From: a phage
Sequence record: PZ386969.1
Length of the DNA stretch: 64,000 bases
Direction: 5' to 3' (one strand)
Shown here: piece after piece, positions 47,655-57,693 of the stretch
Layout: each line of letters opens with the position of its first letter
How positions within the stretch are numbered: the stretch's first letter is position 1
Notes under the pieces: generated by a model
What the model saw: the letters and a program-made list of their open reading frames with translations, nothing else
Told to the model about the DNA's origin: nothing
Database searches by the model: none
Program-made: the position numbers and the translations under genes

Positions 47655-47677
47655 AAAAGAGGCTCCGGCCTCTTTTT
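47655..47677 (+). terminator. rho-independent terminator
   Basis: AAAAGAGGC-TCCG-GCCTCTTTTT. Confidence 0.6.
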
Positions 47678-47744
47678 CATTTCCAGCATTTGGTGTATAA
47701 TGGAACCGTTCCCCATGAGCGGAACCTATCTGAGGATACACCAA

Positions 47745-48245
47745 ATGAAATCCATGGTCAAACGTAAAGTCGAAATCTCCCTGACTGCCCATATTGAAAT
47801 GGTCCAACAACTTATCCTGGATGCGTATGAAATCCAGAAAGATCGCCAATCGAGGGGAGGTGTGACGGACCCCACCTGTCCTGGAAACATACTGTACTAT
47901 CGCATGCTGCGCCAGACTGGGCACACCGCCGCGCTGAAGAAGATTCTGTCCTATGATTTCCAGACAGAGAACAACCTCAACATCATGGGTGTCTTCCATA
48001 GCGTTAGTGAACGCGATTCTTTCTTCCGCTCCCGAGCAGGCGCGGATGTATCATTGCCCGATGTAGACAAGAAACAGCACACGACAACCATCTCCCATTA
48101 CATGGGCACGGGCATCGATAAAGCAAATATCATCGTGTTCTCTGATACGTTGCATGACCCCAAGCGCCTTGCATCTGCGCATGAAATGCTGCGGGAAGGT
48201 CGCAGCGCCCTCACTAATTTGACTTTAGTAGTGTTTCTGGGCTAG
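47745..48245 (+). CDS. hypothetical protein (166 aa from ATG 47745)
   Basis: GAGGA 9 nt upstream of ATG 47745; TATAAT at 47692 lies too close to track start 47700. Confidence 0.45.
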   Translation: MKSMVKRKVEISLTAHIEMVQQLILDAYEIQKDRQSRGGVTDPTCPGNILYYRMLRQTGHTAALKKILSYDFQTENNLNIMGVFHSVSERDSFFRSRAGADVSLPDVDKKQHTTTISHYMGTGIDKANIIVFSDTLHDPKRLASAHEMLREGRSALTNLTLVVFLG

Positions 48246-48254
48246 ATAGTTACA

Positions 48255-48270
48255 GGGGAGTTTCCTCCCC
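48255..48270. repeat. palindromic hairpin GGGGAGTTTCCTCCCC (copy 2)
   Basis: identical to 28631..28646. Confidence 0.6.
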
Positions 48271-48294
48271 TATTTCCCTAACAGGAGGTGCGCA

Positions 48295-48492
48295 ATGTAT
48301 AAGTTCAGAATTAACAGAGAACGTAATTCGTTCAAATTCGGTGTAATCGCTGGGGTGTGTTTGTTCCTGGCGCTCGAAAGCGTTATCGGCCTGCTTACAA
48401 CACCACAAATGCAGGTGACTCGTTACCTTCTTGCCATTATATTTTCTGTTGTCGGTTTACTCTGCTCCTATTTGGGGTGTGTGAAGAAATAA
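48295..48492 (+). CDS. small membrane protein (65 aa)
   Basis: AGGAGG upstream; two hydrophobic segments. Confidence 0.45.
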   Translation: MYKFRINRERNSFKFGVIAGVCLFLALESVIGLLTTPQMQVTRYLLAIIFSVVGLLCSYLGCVKK

Positions 48493-48534
48493 ACTGGCTA
48501 CACACAGCAATACTTTGATTTGAGAAACTACATC

Positions 48535-49023
48535 ATGATGCTGTTAATGAGCGTTCCACAGAACAAGATGACCCCTGCAACAGAGGGTAAGAATCACTTC
48601 AACATCTATAGCCGGAGCCAGACGGAACTCGGGCGCTTCCTCTCGCATTTTACCCATCATCCAATGACTACCCATGAACATGGTGTGTTTAACTCCATGG
48701 AGGGGTACTGGTATTGGCTGAAGTATAGGGATGACAACCTGCGCCTGCTCGACGGTTATGAGGCCAAGCAATATGGACAGGGATTGGCGGCTTCCCGCGT
48801 GATTGTCCTGGACCCGTCTACCGAAGAATTCAAGCGCGATATCCTATTTGCAACTAGTATGAAACTCCAGACAATGCCTGAACGTCTGAAGATCAGATTG
48901 GCGTACAGTCGCCTACCCCTGATCCATGCATATGTTCAGAACGGGAAATACAGTTTTCAAAACTCTATGGACTATATCATTGCCCACATTAATCGTCTCC
49001 GCATACAAGGAACTTTGAAATGA
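48535..49023 (+). CDS. hypothetical protein (162 aa from ATG)
   Basis: track start is TTG; first ATG 48535. Confidence 0.4.
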   Translation: MMLLMSVPQNKMTPATEGKNHFNIYSRSQTELGRFLSHFTHHPMTTHEHGVFNSMEGYWYWLKYRDDNLRLLDGYEAKQYGQGLAASRVIVLDPSTEEFKRDILFATSMKLQTMPERLKIRLAYSRLPLIHAYVQNGKYSFQNSMDYIIAHINRLRIQGTLK

Positions 49024-49601
49024 AATTTCTACACACTATCGTCGACACTTCTTATGACTGCACTGCTCATACCCCAGACCGTTCGCCTGTGTTTGTTCTG
49101 AACAAACTAGGTGAAGAGATCTGTGAACTGTCTGATGTGTTTCATGGCATAGTATCTTCCGAGCCGTTGAATGGCGAAGTTGCTGATGTCATTATCTCTG
49201 CTATTGACCTTCTGTACGTCATGGATTATGACGACGTCCAAATGCGCGGCTCTCTGAACAAGGCCGAAATGATCGACTCTGTCATCAACCACATGGCGAC
49301 AGTGAACGATATTTCTTCTAATCTGTTGGAAGAAGACTGGTTCCGTCTGATTGATCGTGATCCTCAAAAGCATCTGAATCTTATCCATCATTATCATGGC
49401 CGGATTATCCGGTTGTGCAACCAGCCTTATCGCAGTCAAGACAGATTGGATCATCTTGTCAATGACCTAATCAAGCATGTTGCGCGCATGGGGTGTGGGG
49501 AAGGGGCGATCCGTGGATCCTCTTTGACGGCCACTCGCATTAAAGTGGAGCACGCTATTGAACACAAGGTTGAAAAGTGGCGTAGCAAATTTGGTCTATA
49601 A
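49020..49601 (+). CDS. MazG-like nucleotide pyrophosphohydrolase, putative
   Basis: paired acidic helices EEICELSDV ... EVADVIISAIDL typical of the all-alpha pyrophosphohydrolase fold; AAGGAA ribosome site. Confidence 0.4.
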   Translation: MKFLHTIVDTSYDCTAHTPDRSPVFVLNKLGEEICELSDVFHGIVSSEPLNGEVADVIISAIDLLYVMDYDDVQMRGSLNKAEMIDSVINHMATVNDISSNLLEEDWFRLIDRDPQKHLNLIHHYHGRIIRLCNQPYRSQDRLDHLVNDLIKHVARMGCGEGAIRGSSLTATRIKVEHAIEHKVEKWRSKFGL

Positions 49602-49650
49602 GCCGACCCCATACATAATCTTGTGTGTTTACCATTGACGGGATAGGCCG

Positions 49651-51561
49651 ATGTCCAACAAAATTGATATTGAACGCAAGTACAAGAAGCTCACTCACGT
49701 TGAGCATATCCTACTCCGCCCAGAGCGTCATCTGGGCAGTATTCGTTCGTCTGTGGGGACGGTGTGGGTGTATGACCCAACTAAGGACAAAGTCATCTTC
49801 CGTGACAACTTTGAGTACTCCCCCGCGCTGATCAAACAGTTTGATGAAATCATCACCAACTGTGTTGACCACAGCAAGACCCCTGAGGGCAAATCCCTGA
49901 CGGAAATCACCGTCACAGTTTCCCCTATGAACGGTCAAATCATCGTTGCTGACAACGGGGGTATCCCTGTGGTCAAGCATGGCGTCACCAACGAGTGGCT
50001 TCCTGAAATGTTGTTCGGCTCTCTATATGCGGGATCGAACTTCAACGACGAAGACGAAGAGTACAACAACCAGAAGTCCGGTGGTCAGAATGGCGAAGGG
50101 GCGTCCCTCGTCAACGTGTTCTCCAAATGGTTCCGCGTCACGACTAATGACGGCAAGAAGTCTTATACTCAGACGTTTGAAGACAACATGAGCAAGAAAT
50201 CTAACCCAGTCATCAGCAACGTGAACAGTCCTGGCACATCCATCGCCTGGATCCCTGACTATGCTCGTCTGGGCGTCAAAGGACTTGACCAGAACAACCT
50301 GCTGATGATCTATCGCCGCGCGTTTGAAGTGGCTGCGTGTAACCCGCGCCTGAAGATTGTTCTCAACGGGAAGCAAATCCGGATTGACCGCTTTGGCCAC
50401 TTCGTTGATTACTTCCATGCTGGCTCGGCTGTTGACGAAACCGGGGATTGGTCTGTTGCTGTAGCCCCTTCATCCGGTACGTTCATGCACGCATCATACG
50501 TGAACTCTATTGCCACCCACATCGGTGGTCCTCACGTTGATTATGTTGCTGACCAGATCGTGGCAGCGATTCGTCCCCAGCTGGTGAAGAAGTTCAAGAC
50601 CGAACTGAAGCCAGCAATGATCAAGAACCACATGTCCTTGTTCATCGCTGCCGACATCAACAACCCGCGCTTTGACAGCCAGACCAAGGAGCGCATGACC
50701 ACTCCTGTCAGCCAGTTCGGTACGTCGTACAAGCCCAGTGATAAACTGATCCGCAAGGCGCTTGAGTTCGTTACGGCTGGTCTGAGCAAAGAACTGGCTT
50801 CCCTGCGCAATGAGCAGGATGATGCTGAGTTTGAAAAGGCCAAGAAGGACATCAGCAAGCGGGATTATCGTGAGATTGAGAAGTATTACCCGGCGACCGC
50901 CCGTGGTGACCGCAGCGGATGCTCCCTGTTGCTGACAGAGGGTGATAGTGCCTCCAATCCTATCCTGAACGCCCGCGACACCAAGAAGATCGGGTTGTTC
51001 CCGCTTCGTGGTAAGTTCATCAACTGCCTGAACGCCCCGCGCTCAAAGGTGATGAACAATGAAGAGTTCAAGAACCTGTGTACGATCCATGGCGGCGCAG
51101 TGCCAGGCCAGCCCCTTGATATCACCCGTTACCCACAGACTGTTGTGGCTACCGATGCGGACGATGACGGCATCCACATCCGTGGGTTGTTGATCACCCT
51201 GTATTGCACCTACTGGCCGGAGTATGTCCGTCAGGGCAGGCTGAAGCTCCTGCGCACCCCTTACATGCGTGTGTGGTGTGGTAAGGTGATGCATGAGTTC
51301 ATGAACAACGCCGAGTATGAGGAGTTCCTGAAGACGCCTGATGCCAAGAAGATCACGAAGAAGAAATATCTGAAAGGTCTTGGTGGTAACAGCACTGAAG
51401 ACTTCAAACGTATTCTAAACAACCTAGATGCGTATACTACGACGGTCACGCTGGACGATGGCTACCAACAGTCACTGAAGAATGGCTTCGGTGATGAGGC
51501 TGCCGATTACCGTAAAACCTGGTTTAGCGATGTTTGCCTGTTTGAAACTGAGGATGAATAA
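49651..51561 (+). CDS. DNA topoisomerase II large subunit (GyrB-like ATPase, T4 gp39 plus gp60 equivalent fused)
   Basis: GHKL N-box EIITNCVDH, G1 box ADNGGIP; 636 aa. Confidence 0.8.
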   Translation: MSNKIDIERKYKKLTHVEHILLRPERHLGSIRSSVGTVWVYDPTKDKVIFRDNFEYSPALIKQFDEIITNCVDHSKTPEGKSLTEITVTVSPMNGQIIVADNGGIPVVKHGVTNEWLPEMLFGSLYAGSNFNDEDEEYNNQKSGGQNGEGASLVNVFSKWFRVTTNDGKKSYTQTFEDNMSKKSNPVISNVNSPGTSIAWIPDYARLGVKGLDQNNLLMIYRRAFEVAACNPRLKIVLNGKQIRIDRFGHFVDYFHAGSAVDETGDWSVAVAPSSGTFMHASYVNSIATHIGGPHVDYVADQIVAAIRPQLVKKFKTELKPAMIKNHMSLFIAADINNPRFDSQTKERMTTPVSQFGTSYKPSDKLIRKALEFVTAGLSKELASLRNEQDDAEFEKAKKDISKRDYREIEKYYPATARGDRSGCSLLLTEGDSASNPILNARDTKKIGLFPLRGKFINCLNAPRSKVMNNEEFKNLCTIHGGAVPGQPLDITRYPQTVVATDADDDGIHIRGLLITLYCTYWPEYVRQGRLKLLRTPYMRVWCGKVMHEFMNNAEYEEFLKTPDAKKITKKKYLKGLGGNSTEDFKRILNNLDAYTTTVTLDDGYQQSLKNGFGDEAADYRKTWFSDVCLFETEDE

Positions 51562-51562
51562 G

Positions 51563-52894
51563 ATGGTTGCTAAGAGCATTACTGTAACGGACTTTGTCAA
51601 CACTGACCATAAGCAGTTTTCTGTGGTCAACAGCATCCGTCAAATCCCTCAGCTGATCGACAGCCTCAAGCCAAGCCAGCGCAAGATCCTTTTCGCTGCT
51701 CTTGAGTACAACAAGGAGGAGATTGTTGACCGCCTTGGTATGTTCGCCGCCGCTCGCACCAACTACAAGTCTGGTGGTGAGAACATGAGCGGCACTATCG
51801 TGAACATGGCTCAGGGGTTCCCAGGCACGAACAACATCCCGTACTTTGACCGCGATGGCCAGTTTGGTTCTATCATGGGGCGTGATGCTTCATCTGCCCG
51901 ATACATATCCGTCGCTGTATCTGACGTTATCCGCAAGATCTTCCGCAAGGAGGATGAGGGTATTTTGGAATACAACTACCTTGGTGAAGAAAGACTGGAG
52001 CCGAAGTTCTTTCTGCCCATCCTACCCATGTTCCTGGTGAATGGGATCAATGGTATCGGCACCGGATATTCCACCGACACCCCGTGTCATTGCGTTAAGT
52101 CCGTGCTGAATGCCCTGAGAGCGCTTCTCCGTGGCGAAGACCCGAAAGACTTAAAACCGTACTGGAACGGCTTCAAAGGAGAGACAGGCTATACTGAGGA
52201 AGGAAGAGCATACAGTCGCGGCATCTTCCGTCGCGTCAATGCCACGACCCTGCATATCACCGAAGTCCCAGTGGGTTGGTTTGCCAAGACCTATGAGACC
52301 AAGGTGTTGCTGCCTCTGTACAAGGCAGGTATCCTCACCGAGTACGCCAACGACACGACGGAAGATGGCTGGGATATCACGGTTGTGTTTAAGCGCGGCG
52401 AACTGTCCAAGCTGGATGATAATCAGGTTGAGCAGATGTTCAAGTTGTATTCAGCCAACAAGCCTGTTTGGACGGCCTGGGATGAAGACGGGGTCATTCA
52501 TCGTTATTCTGGTTGGCGGGATATGCTGCTGCCGTTCTTCAATTATCGCCTGTCACGGTATGAAGACCGTCGCCAGTATCTGTTGAAGGACATGGCAGAC
52601 AGGATCCGCAAGCTGGGTGACCGGGCGGTGTTCATTGAATGGGCGACGCGTGTTGATCTCCGCCAAAAGATTGACGTGCTGAAGTCTCTGTTCATGCAGG
52701 ACTACCCGGACTTTGGTGGTGATCTTGACGAGTTGTTCAAGATGCCTCTGTCGTCTATTACTCTGGATGCCCGTGAGCGCCTACTCAAGCAGATTGAGAA
52801 CCTTGAAGCACAGCACAAGGAATTAAGTAAGAAAGAGGACATCGATCTTTACACTGAAGACCTTGATGACCTTGAAAAGGCTCTTGGCCTATAA
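51563..52894 (+). CDS. DNA topoisomerase II medium subunit (GyrA-like, T4 gp52 equivalent)
   Basis: N-terminal IRQIPQLIDSLKPSQRKILFA matches the GyrA-type motif; ATG 51563 with GAGGA upstream. Confidence 0.75.
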   Translation: MVAKSITVTDFVNTDHKQFSVVNSIRQIPQLIDSLKPSQRKILFAALEYNKEEIVDRLGMFAAARTNYKSGGENMSGTIVNMAQGFPGTNNIPYFDRDGQFGSIMGRDASSARYISVAVSDVIRKIFRKEDEGILEYNYLGEERLEPKFFLPILPMFLVNGINGIGTGYSTDTPCHCVKSVLNALRALLRGEDPKDLKPYWNGFKGETGYTEEGRAYSRGIFRRVNATTLHITEVPVGWFAKTYETKVLLPLYKAGILTEYANDTTEDGWDITVVFKRGELSKLDDNQVEQMFKLYSANKPVWTAWDEDGVIHRYSGWRDMLLPFFNYRLSRYEDRRQYLLKDMADRIRKLGDRAVFIEWATRVDLRQKIDVLKSLFMQDYPDFGGDLDELFKMPLSSITLDARERLLKQIENLEAQHKELSKKEDIDLYTEDLDDLEKALGL

Positions 52895-52935
52895 CATCGG
52901 AGGGGTTCGCCCCTCCTCACCTGGAGGGTTGTGCT

Positions 52936-53223
52936 ATGTTCTATCTCCGTTCTGCAGCACCTGTGGTATTCATCATTATCCTATTTGATTTCTTGGTTCC
53001 TCGCTTTATCAAAGAAGAGGTAGCGTTTGGTCTCTATGGTGAGACGGAAGACCCAGAGGTCGATGAATATTACCCAATGTGCGCCCTGAAAGATATCGAG
53101 GAAGGGGAAGATGTTGCAATGGTCGGCACTATGCGTTCTTTCAACCTGTTCGGGCTTGCACTCTTTCCGAAACTGGTTGGTGAACTGCGCCCCTACGATC
53201 CTGAAGCCACTGTAGATGGTTGA
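52936..53223 (+). CDS. hypothetical protein (95 aa)
   Basis: GGAGGG ribosome site; preceded by hairpin GGAGGGGTTCGCCCCTCC. Confidence 0.45.
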   Translation: MFYLRSAAPVVFIIILFDFLVPRFIKEEVAFGLYGETEDPEVDEYYPMCALKDIEEGEDVAMVGTMRSFNLFGLALFPKLVGELRPYDPEATVDG

Positions 53224-53258
53224 TCATAACATAGCTTCTGAGCCCTAAACTTCTGTCT

Positions 53259-53480
53259 ATGGATGATTCCTTGTATTTTCATTGTCCTAGGTGTGATATG
53301 CTTCATCTATATCACATTAAGGGCGAAACCCAAGGTCCGATGTGGTCGTGGAACAACAATGTTATTGAGCCTACGTTCACACCGAGCCTGCTGGTGAATG
53401 CATCTGATCCAGCATCACGTTGCCATCTGTTCCTGACCGACGGCAAATACAATTCCTCGGCGACTGTTTCCACGATCTGA
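53259..53480 (+). CDS. small Cys-containing protein (73 aa)
   Basis: ORF track; CPRC motif. Confidence 0.3.
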   Translation: MDDSLYFHCPRCDMLHLYHIKGETQGPMWSWNNNVIEPTFTPSLLVNASDPASRCHLFLTDGKYNSSATVSTI

Positions 53481-53539
53481 AGAACCAGACAGTGGGTATG
53501 GTCGACATCCATGAACCTGAAATTTGGATTGAATAGATT

Positions 53540-53950
53540 ATGAAATTACTGGGATATTTTCGTGAACTCCCAACGGGAACTGAAGGCAAGTTGTTCTCAC
53601 AGGTGAAGGGGGATGACATCGGCGATACGATGATTCCATTGTACACTCGTGAACTTCCTGCCGAAGGTGCCTGGGAGCGCCGTGTGGTCGCTGCCGCCAA
53701 CAAATATGGTGACGTGATTGTCGTTGCTGACCGTCACCACAGCCGATTCATGAACAGCCAGCTCAAGATCCTGAAAGAAGCAGGCGTCATTAAATCCACC
53801 CATACCCGCGAACAGGGCTTCATCGACAACCAGGGCAACTTCCTCACTCGTGAAGAGGCGTGCATCGTAGCCCGTGAAGCTGGACAGATTAATCAGGTGC
53901 GCCTGAAGACAACCCCTTTCCGAGAACTCTTTTCCGAAGACCTCTATTGA
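53540..53950 (+). CDS. hypothetical protein (136 aa)
   Basis: ORF track; followed by hairpin AAGGCGGTATTATTACCGCCT. Confidence 0.45.
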   Translation: MKLLGYFRELPTGTEGKLFSQVKGDDIGDTMIPLYTRELPAEGAWERRVVAAANKYGDVIVVADRHHSRFMNSQLKILKEAGVIKSTHTREQGFIDNQGNFLTREEACIVAREAGQINQVRLKTTPFRELFSEDLY

Positions 53951-54000
53951 AGAAAAAGGCGGTATTATTACCGCCTCGACCTCTTGTTTGGTAACATCAA

Positions 54001-54243
54001 ATGAGCCCAGAATTTGAAAACCTGTTCGAGCGATGCTTCGAACCAGGTTCTGTGTCCGGTTACATGGACCGCCTTTGCACTGCCATTGTAATACGCCTTG
54101 CTGCCAAGGGTATCGTTGTCAACACCATTATCCGCAATGGGAACAACTTTATCATGCAGATGACTGATTATCACCACCGCACAGGCATCATCCAGGTGTC
54201 ATGTGTTGACAACAGCATTATTGAATGGAGACAGTACGCATGA
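54001..54243 (+). CDS. small hypothetical protein (80 aa)
   Basis: ORF track. Confidence 0.35.
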   Translation: MSPEFENLFERCFEPGSVSGYMDRLCTAIVIRLAAKGIVVNTIIRNGNNFIMQMTDYHHRTGIIQVSCVDNSIIEWRQYA

Positions 54244-54839
54244 CAACTTATGTAATCAATGGCGGCGATCTACTGAAAGCCGCCTGTAGCTTCAATCTGA
54301 TCGACATCTTTGCCCACGGTGCCAACTGTTGGTCTACCATGGGCGCGGGTATTGCCCTGCACATCGGCAACAACTTCCCAGCGCTGCGCGAAGTCGATGC
54401 GAACGACCCTCGTGGTCCAGAGCAACGCCTGGGTGGCATGTCCTATGCATTTGACCACAGCACTGGTGTCTGGGGTGCGAACCTCTACACTCAGTTTTAT
54501 CCAGGTCCGAACGCTCGCATGCCGTCTGTCATCAGTTCTGTTCAGATGTTATTCGAGCAGGTTCACGAAATTGTGGAAGCAACTAAAGACGAAACTGTCT
54601 ATGTCGGCCTGCCTGCTATCGGCTGTGGTATTGGTGGCCTGAACCTCTACAGTGTAGTGCGCCATATCAATCGAATCTCTGAAAGCGTGTATGAAGAGAC
54701 CCGCCGTCGTGTCGTCCCAGTCTTCTATATCAGGGAAGGAGACGGATTCGATGATGATCTGATGGAACTTTCTCATCTGGGCACAGAAGGTATCATGATT
54801 GTCGAAGATGAGCAAGAAATCATCGACGAGGAGGGGTGA
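54240..54839 (+). CDS. macro-domain protein (ADP-ribose binding/processing), putative
   Basis: HGANCWSTMGAGIALHI and LPAIGCGIGG resemble the two glycine-rich macro-domain motifs; ATG 54240 with GGAG 9 nt upstream. Confidence 0.45.
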   Translation: MTTYVINGGDLLKAACSFNLIDIFAHGANCWSTMGAGIALHIGNNFPALREVDANDPRGPEQRLGGMSYAFDHSTGVWGANLYTQFYPGPNARMPSVISSVQMLFEQVHEIVEATKDETVYVGLPAIGCGIGGLNLYSVVRHINRISESVYEETRRRVVPVFYIREGDGFDDDLMELSHLGTEGIMIVEDEQEIIDEEG

Positions 54840-54842
54840 ATA

Positions 54843-55094
54843 ATGATATGTGCGTTTGATCAAGAATTTTATAAAAAGGTCAATATTCTAAAACTTGTCA
54901 TGTCTGGAACTAGTTCGAAAGAAGTATCAGAAATTTATTGTATTTCACAGGCCAGGGTGAGCCAGATTTTGAGGGAAACTATAGGGTTACTTTGCCCAGA
55001 GATAGAAATTAAGCGCGTCAACAAAAAGTTCATTGATGAAAATTATTATACAGTAAAAGCCAAAATAAAGTGTTGGGAGAATAAACATGTATAA
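54843..55094 (+). CDS. small helix-turn-helix protein in a low-GC island
   Basis: KEVSEIYCISQARVSQILRE resembles sigma region-4/LuxR-type helix-turn-helix; local GC visibly lower than flanks. Confidence 0.4.
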   Translation: MICAFDQEFYKKVNILKLVMSGTSSKEVSEIYCISQARVSQILRETIGLLCPEIEIKRVNKKFIDENYYTVKAKIKCWENKHV

Positions 55095-55719
55095 ATCAAA
55101 TTTTTTGGCTGTGGCCGACAGTGAAACCTTGGGGCGCTGGGATGATGCAGTCATGCTGTCTTGGGCGCACACCATCGCCGACCTGACCAAGCGTTATACT
55201 CTTCAGCAGCTGGTTGAGGAGCGCACGACGTTCATTAAGCTGAATGTCAAAGAGCAGCTCGAACTTGGTCGCGTGAAGGACACTGGGACAGTTGAATGGT
55301 GGCTGGGCACGGGCAAGCGCAACCCGTGTGATGCGGCTCGCGCCGTCAGTCTGTACCCGACCGAGCAGGACATCTCTATCTTCCAGCTGGCCGATGAAAT
55401 CCGCAAAGGTTGTCATCGTCTTGGGGTAGACCCGCGCTCGGTTGACTGGTGTGACCGTAACTTGTTCGATCTGCGCAAGGCTCAGCACATCATTGAGGTG
55501 ACATGTAAGCAGGACTCCAACGAGCCTTGGGACTACCACCACACCTTCGACATCGTGAGTTGGCTGAAGGGTGTTGGACAGCAGGATCGGTATGCTGGTA
55601 TCAAGGCGTGGGAACTGGAAGGTATGGTCTATCATGACCCTCGTTATGACGCTGCGCTTGACTGGCTGCGTATTCAGAAGACCATGGAAGATCTGATGGG
55701 TCTGGAGGTTGTGGGATGA
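55087..55719 (+). CDS. DnaQ-like 3-prime to 5-prime exonuclease (DEDDh), T4 DexA-like
   Basis: Exo I motif LAVADSETLG and downstream YHHTFD motif; 210 aa. Confidence 0.45.
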   Translation: MYKSNFLAVADSETLGRWDDAVMLSWAHTIADLTKRYTLQQLVEERTTFIKLNVKEQLELGRVKDTGTVEWWLGTGKRNPCDAARAVSLYPTEQDISIFQLADEIRKGCHRLGVDPRSVDWCDRNLFDLRKAQHIIEVTCKQDSNEPWDYHHTFDIVSWLKGVGQQDRYAGIKAWELEGMVYHDPRYDAALDWLRIQKTMEDLMGLEVVG

Positions 55720-56018
55720 TTGTATTCACTGTCATCGGTGTGATCGTAACAGCTGGGGTATTCACAGCCATATTGGGCTACCTGTACTTCATGTTCCTTC
55801 ATCCGTTATTTCAGGCGTTCAGTCTCACGAATTGGTACTTGGCCTGCCTAAAGGCCGACGGCGGCGTGAACACGGCCTCTCTTCCTTACTGGCGGCTGGT
55901 GGCGCATTACTACTCGGTCGGTGGCTGGCCTGGGGAAAGGACATGGAACTCTATCGGTGAGTGGTATGGAATAGGTCGATGGCGTATATTCCCTGATGAA
56001 GACGATCAAGCCCCGTGA
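55716..56018 (+). CDS. small membrane protein (100 aa)
   Basis: GGAGG ribosome site; two hydrophobic helices. Confidence 0.45.
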   Translation: MIVFTVIGVIVTAGVFTAILGYLYFMFLHPLFQAFSLTNWYLACLKADGGVNTASLPYWRLVAHYYSVGGWPGERTWNSIGEWYGIGRWRIFPDEDDQAP

Positions 56019-56082
56019 GGGGCTTTTCTATATCCGGGATAGAGTATCATTGGTTCACCAACGAATCCTCGGGAGAGGCGAT

Positions 56083-56424
56083 ATGAAACGTTCGGTTGTT
56101 GTAAATGACATCACGAGATTGATAAACCTTGTCAAAGATGTGTTTCCACAACAGGTGGATGTCGAGTACGTGGGGAAGAACGGGAAGTGTTACCAGGTCG
56201 CTCTGTTGTTGAAGCACGTGTACCCTCAAGCAGAGATCCATTACAGTCAGACCGAAGGTCATGTGTATACTCTGATTGATGGGCATTACTACGACATCGA
56301 AGGCATCCACTTCAGTGTCCCACCGGATACGTGTTTGCTCGAACACAACAGAGGCCATAAACCCCATCGCTGGCATAAAGGGTTTGTGAACGTACCGATT
56401 TTAGAATGGTTGAGGAGACCATAA
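56083..56424 (+). CDS. hypothetical protein (113 aa from ATG 56083)
   Basis: GGGAGAGG upstream of ATG. Confidence 0.4.
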   Translation: MKRSVVVNDITRLINLVKDVFPQQVDVEYVGKNGKCYQVALLLKHVYPQAEIHYSQTEGHVYTLIDGHYYDIEGIHFSVPPDTCLLEHNRGHKPHRWHKGFVNVPILEWLRRP

Positions 56425-56984
56425 TGGCAGGAATTGTAAAGTATCTGGGCGACACTCACCTCGGACACAAGAAGATCTTCAAGCCCCGTGGGTTCGACAC
56501 GCAGGAAGCCCACGACGCTGTGGTCATCGACAGTATCTTTCAGGGGCTGAAGTCTCGAGACGTCCTTGAACTTGCAGGCGACATCTGCTTCATCGGGGCT
56601 GAGGGGTTCATTCGCCTGATGCGCGAGGGTGCCAAGCGGAATATTGATGAGTTCAAGCGCCGCCCCGTCCCTGATGACTGGCGTCCGAACTTTATCATCA
56701 GGGTGGCGCAAGGCAACCATGACAGATTCAAGATGTTGATTCAGCTGTATCAAGAGGGATGGATTAGCTCCTTTGGTGCGATGTATGAGCGTGATACTCC
56801 GGTTGGTCGTGTACTGACCACTCACGTTCCTTATCAATTAGACCGCTGGGCGTATAATATCCATGGCCATCTTCACGAAAATATTCGCGAAGAGCGCGAA
56901 TACCTGAACTGCAGCTGGGAACAATTCAAGCGTCCTGTAACCCTGTCTGAGTTGTTATACACCAATCTGGGGATTGAAATATGA
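56424..56984 (+). CDS. metallophosphoesterase (calcineurin-like phosphatase fold)
   Basis: GDTHLGH, LAGDICF and GNHD motifs; GAGGAG ribosome site. Confidence 0.55.
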   Translation: MAGIVKYLGDTHLGHKKIFKPRGFDTQEAHDAVVIDSIFQGLKSRDVLELAGDICFIGAEGFIRLMREGAKRNIDEFKRRPVPDDWRPNFIIRVAQGNHDRFKMLIQLYQEGWISSFGAMYERDTPVGRVLTTHVPYQLDRWAYNIHGHLHENIREEREYLNCSWEQFKRPVTLSELLYTNLGIEI

Positions 56985-57298
56985 AAATTTATTTTCCTGG
57001 CCAAAAAGTGCCTTCTGAAGTGCAGAAGGTCACAATCACAGGCTACCGGAAAGGGGATCCGTATCTGCGCTTCTCCTCTCCATGTATCGTGAAGCGAACT
57101 AAAACGGGTTATTATATCAGGCCGATTGTGTTGATGGGCTGTGTAACGACGTTCAGAGCTTCCTGTGAACACGTTCTTATACAAGGAAGTCCGAACATCG
57201 AAGGTGGAGAAACCCACATGAACTGCAAGCCGATTATCCCGACATGGTTGATTATTGGTGTGCTTTCCGTTTTAGCTCTGAAAGGAGTATTTTCATGA
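56981..57298 (+). CDS. hypothetical protein (105 aa)
   Basis: ORF track; overlapping stops and starts with neighbours. Confidence 0.4.
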   Translation: MKIYFPGQKVPSEVQKVTITGYRKGDPYLRFSSPCIVKRTKTGYYIRPIVLMGCVTTFRASCEHVLIQGSPNIEGGETHMNCKPIIPTWLIIGVLSVLALKGVFS

Positions 57299-57624
57299 AA
57301 AAGCCGCGCATCACAGGACATCAACTCTGCGTCCTTTTAGGAATGTTGAACTTTGAGAAAGGTCATTGCCGTTATGGTGAATGGTACTTTCATCCCAAAT
57401 CCTGGACCAATGACAAGGGCAACACCGTCTGGACGTTCCAGGTATGCCCGAACGCTGGTGGTTTCACCTCCGTCAAAGGCAACCCCCGCACTGGGGCTTC
57501 CCTGCTCGCCAAGGGGTTGATCGAACCAGCTGGCTCAATGGTTCATGACGGTTCTTACGTGAACTGGCCGAACGCTGAGGTGACGTTCTATCGCCTGACC
57601 GAACTCGGTAAATCTTACCTCTGA
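57295..57624 (+). CDS. hypothetical protein (109 aa)
   Basis: ATG 57295 with GGAG upstream. Confidence 0.4.
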   Translation: MKKPRITGHQLCVLLGMLNFEKGHCRYGEWYFHPKSWTNDKGNTVWTFQVCPNAGGFTSVKGNPRTGASLLAKGLIEPAGSMVHDGSYVNWPNAEVTFYRLTELGKSYL

Positions 57625-57693
57625 ATAAAGATTCAGCGGTTATTGAAGAAGGGGGAGTATATACTTCCCTTCGTTTATTAAGAGGAACCGGAA

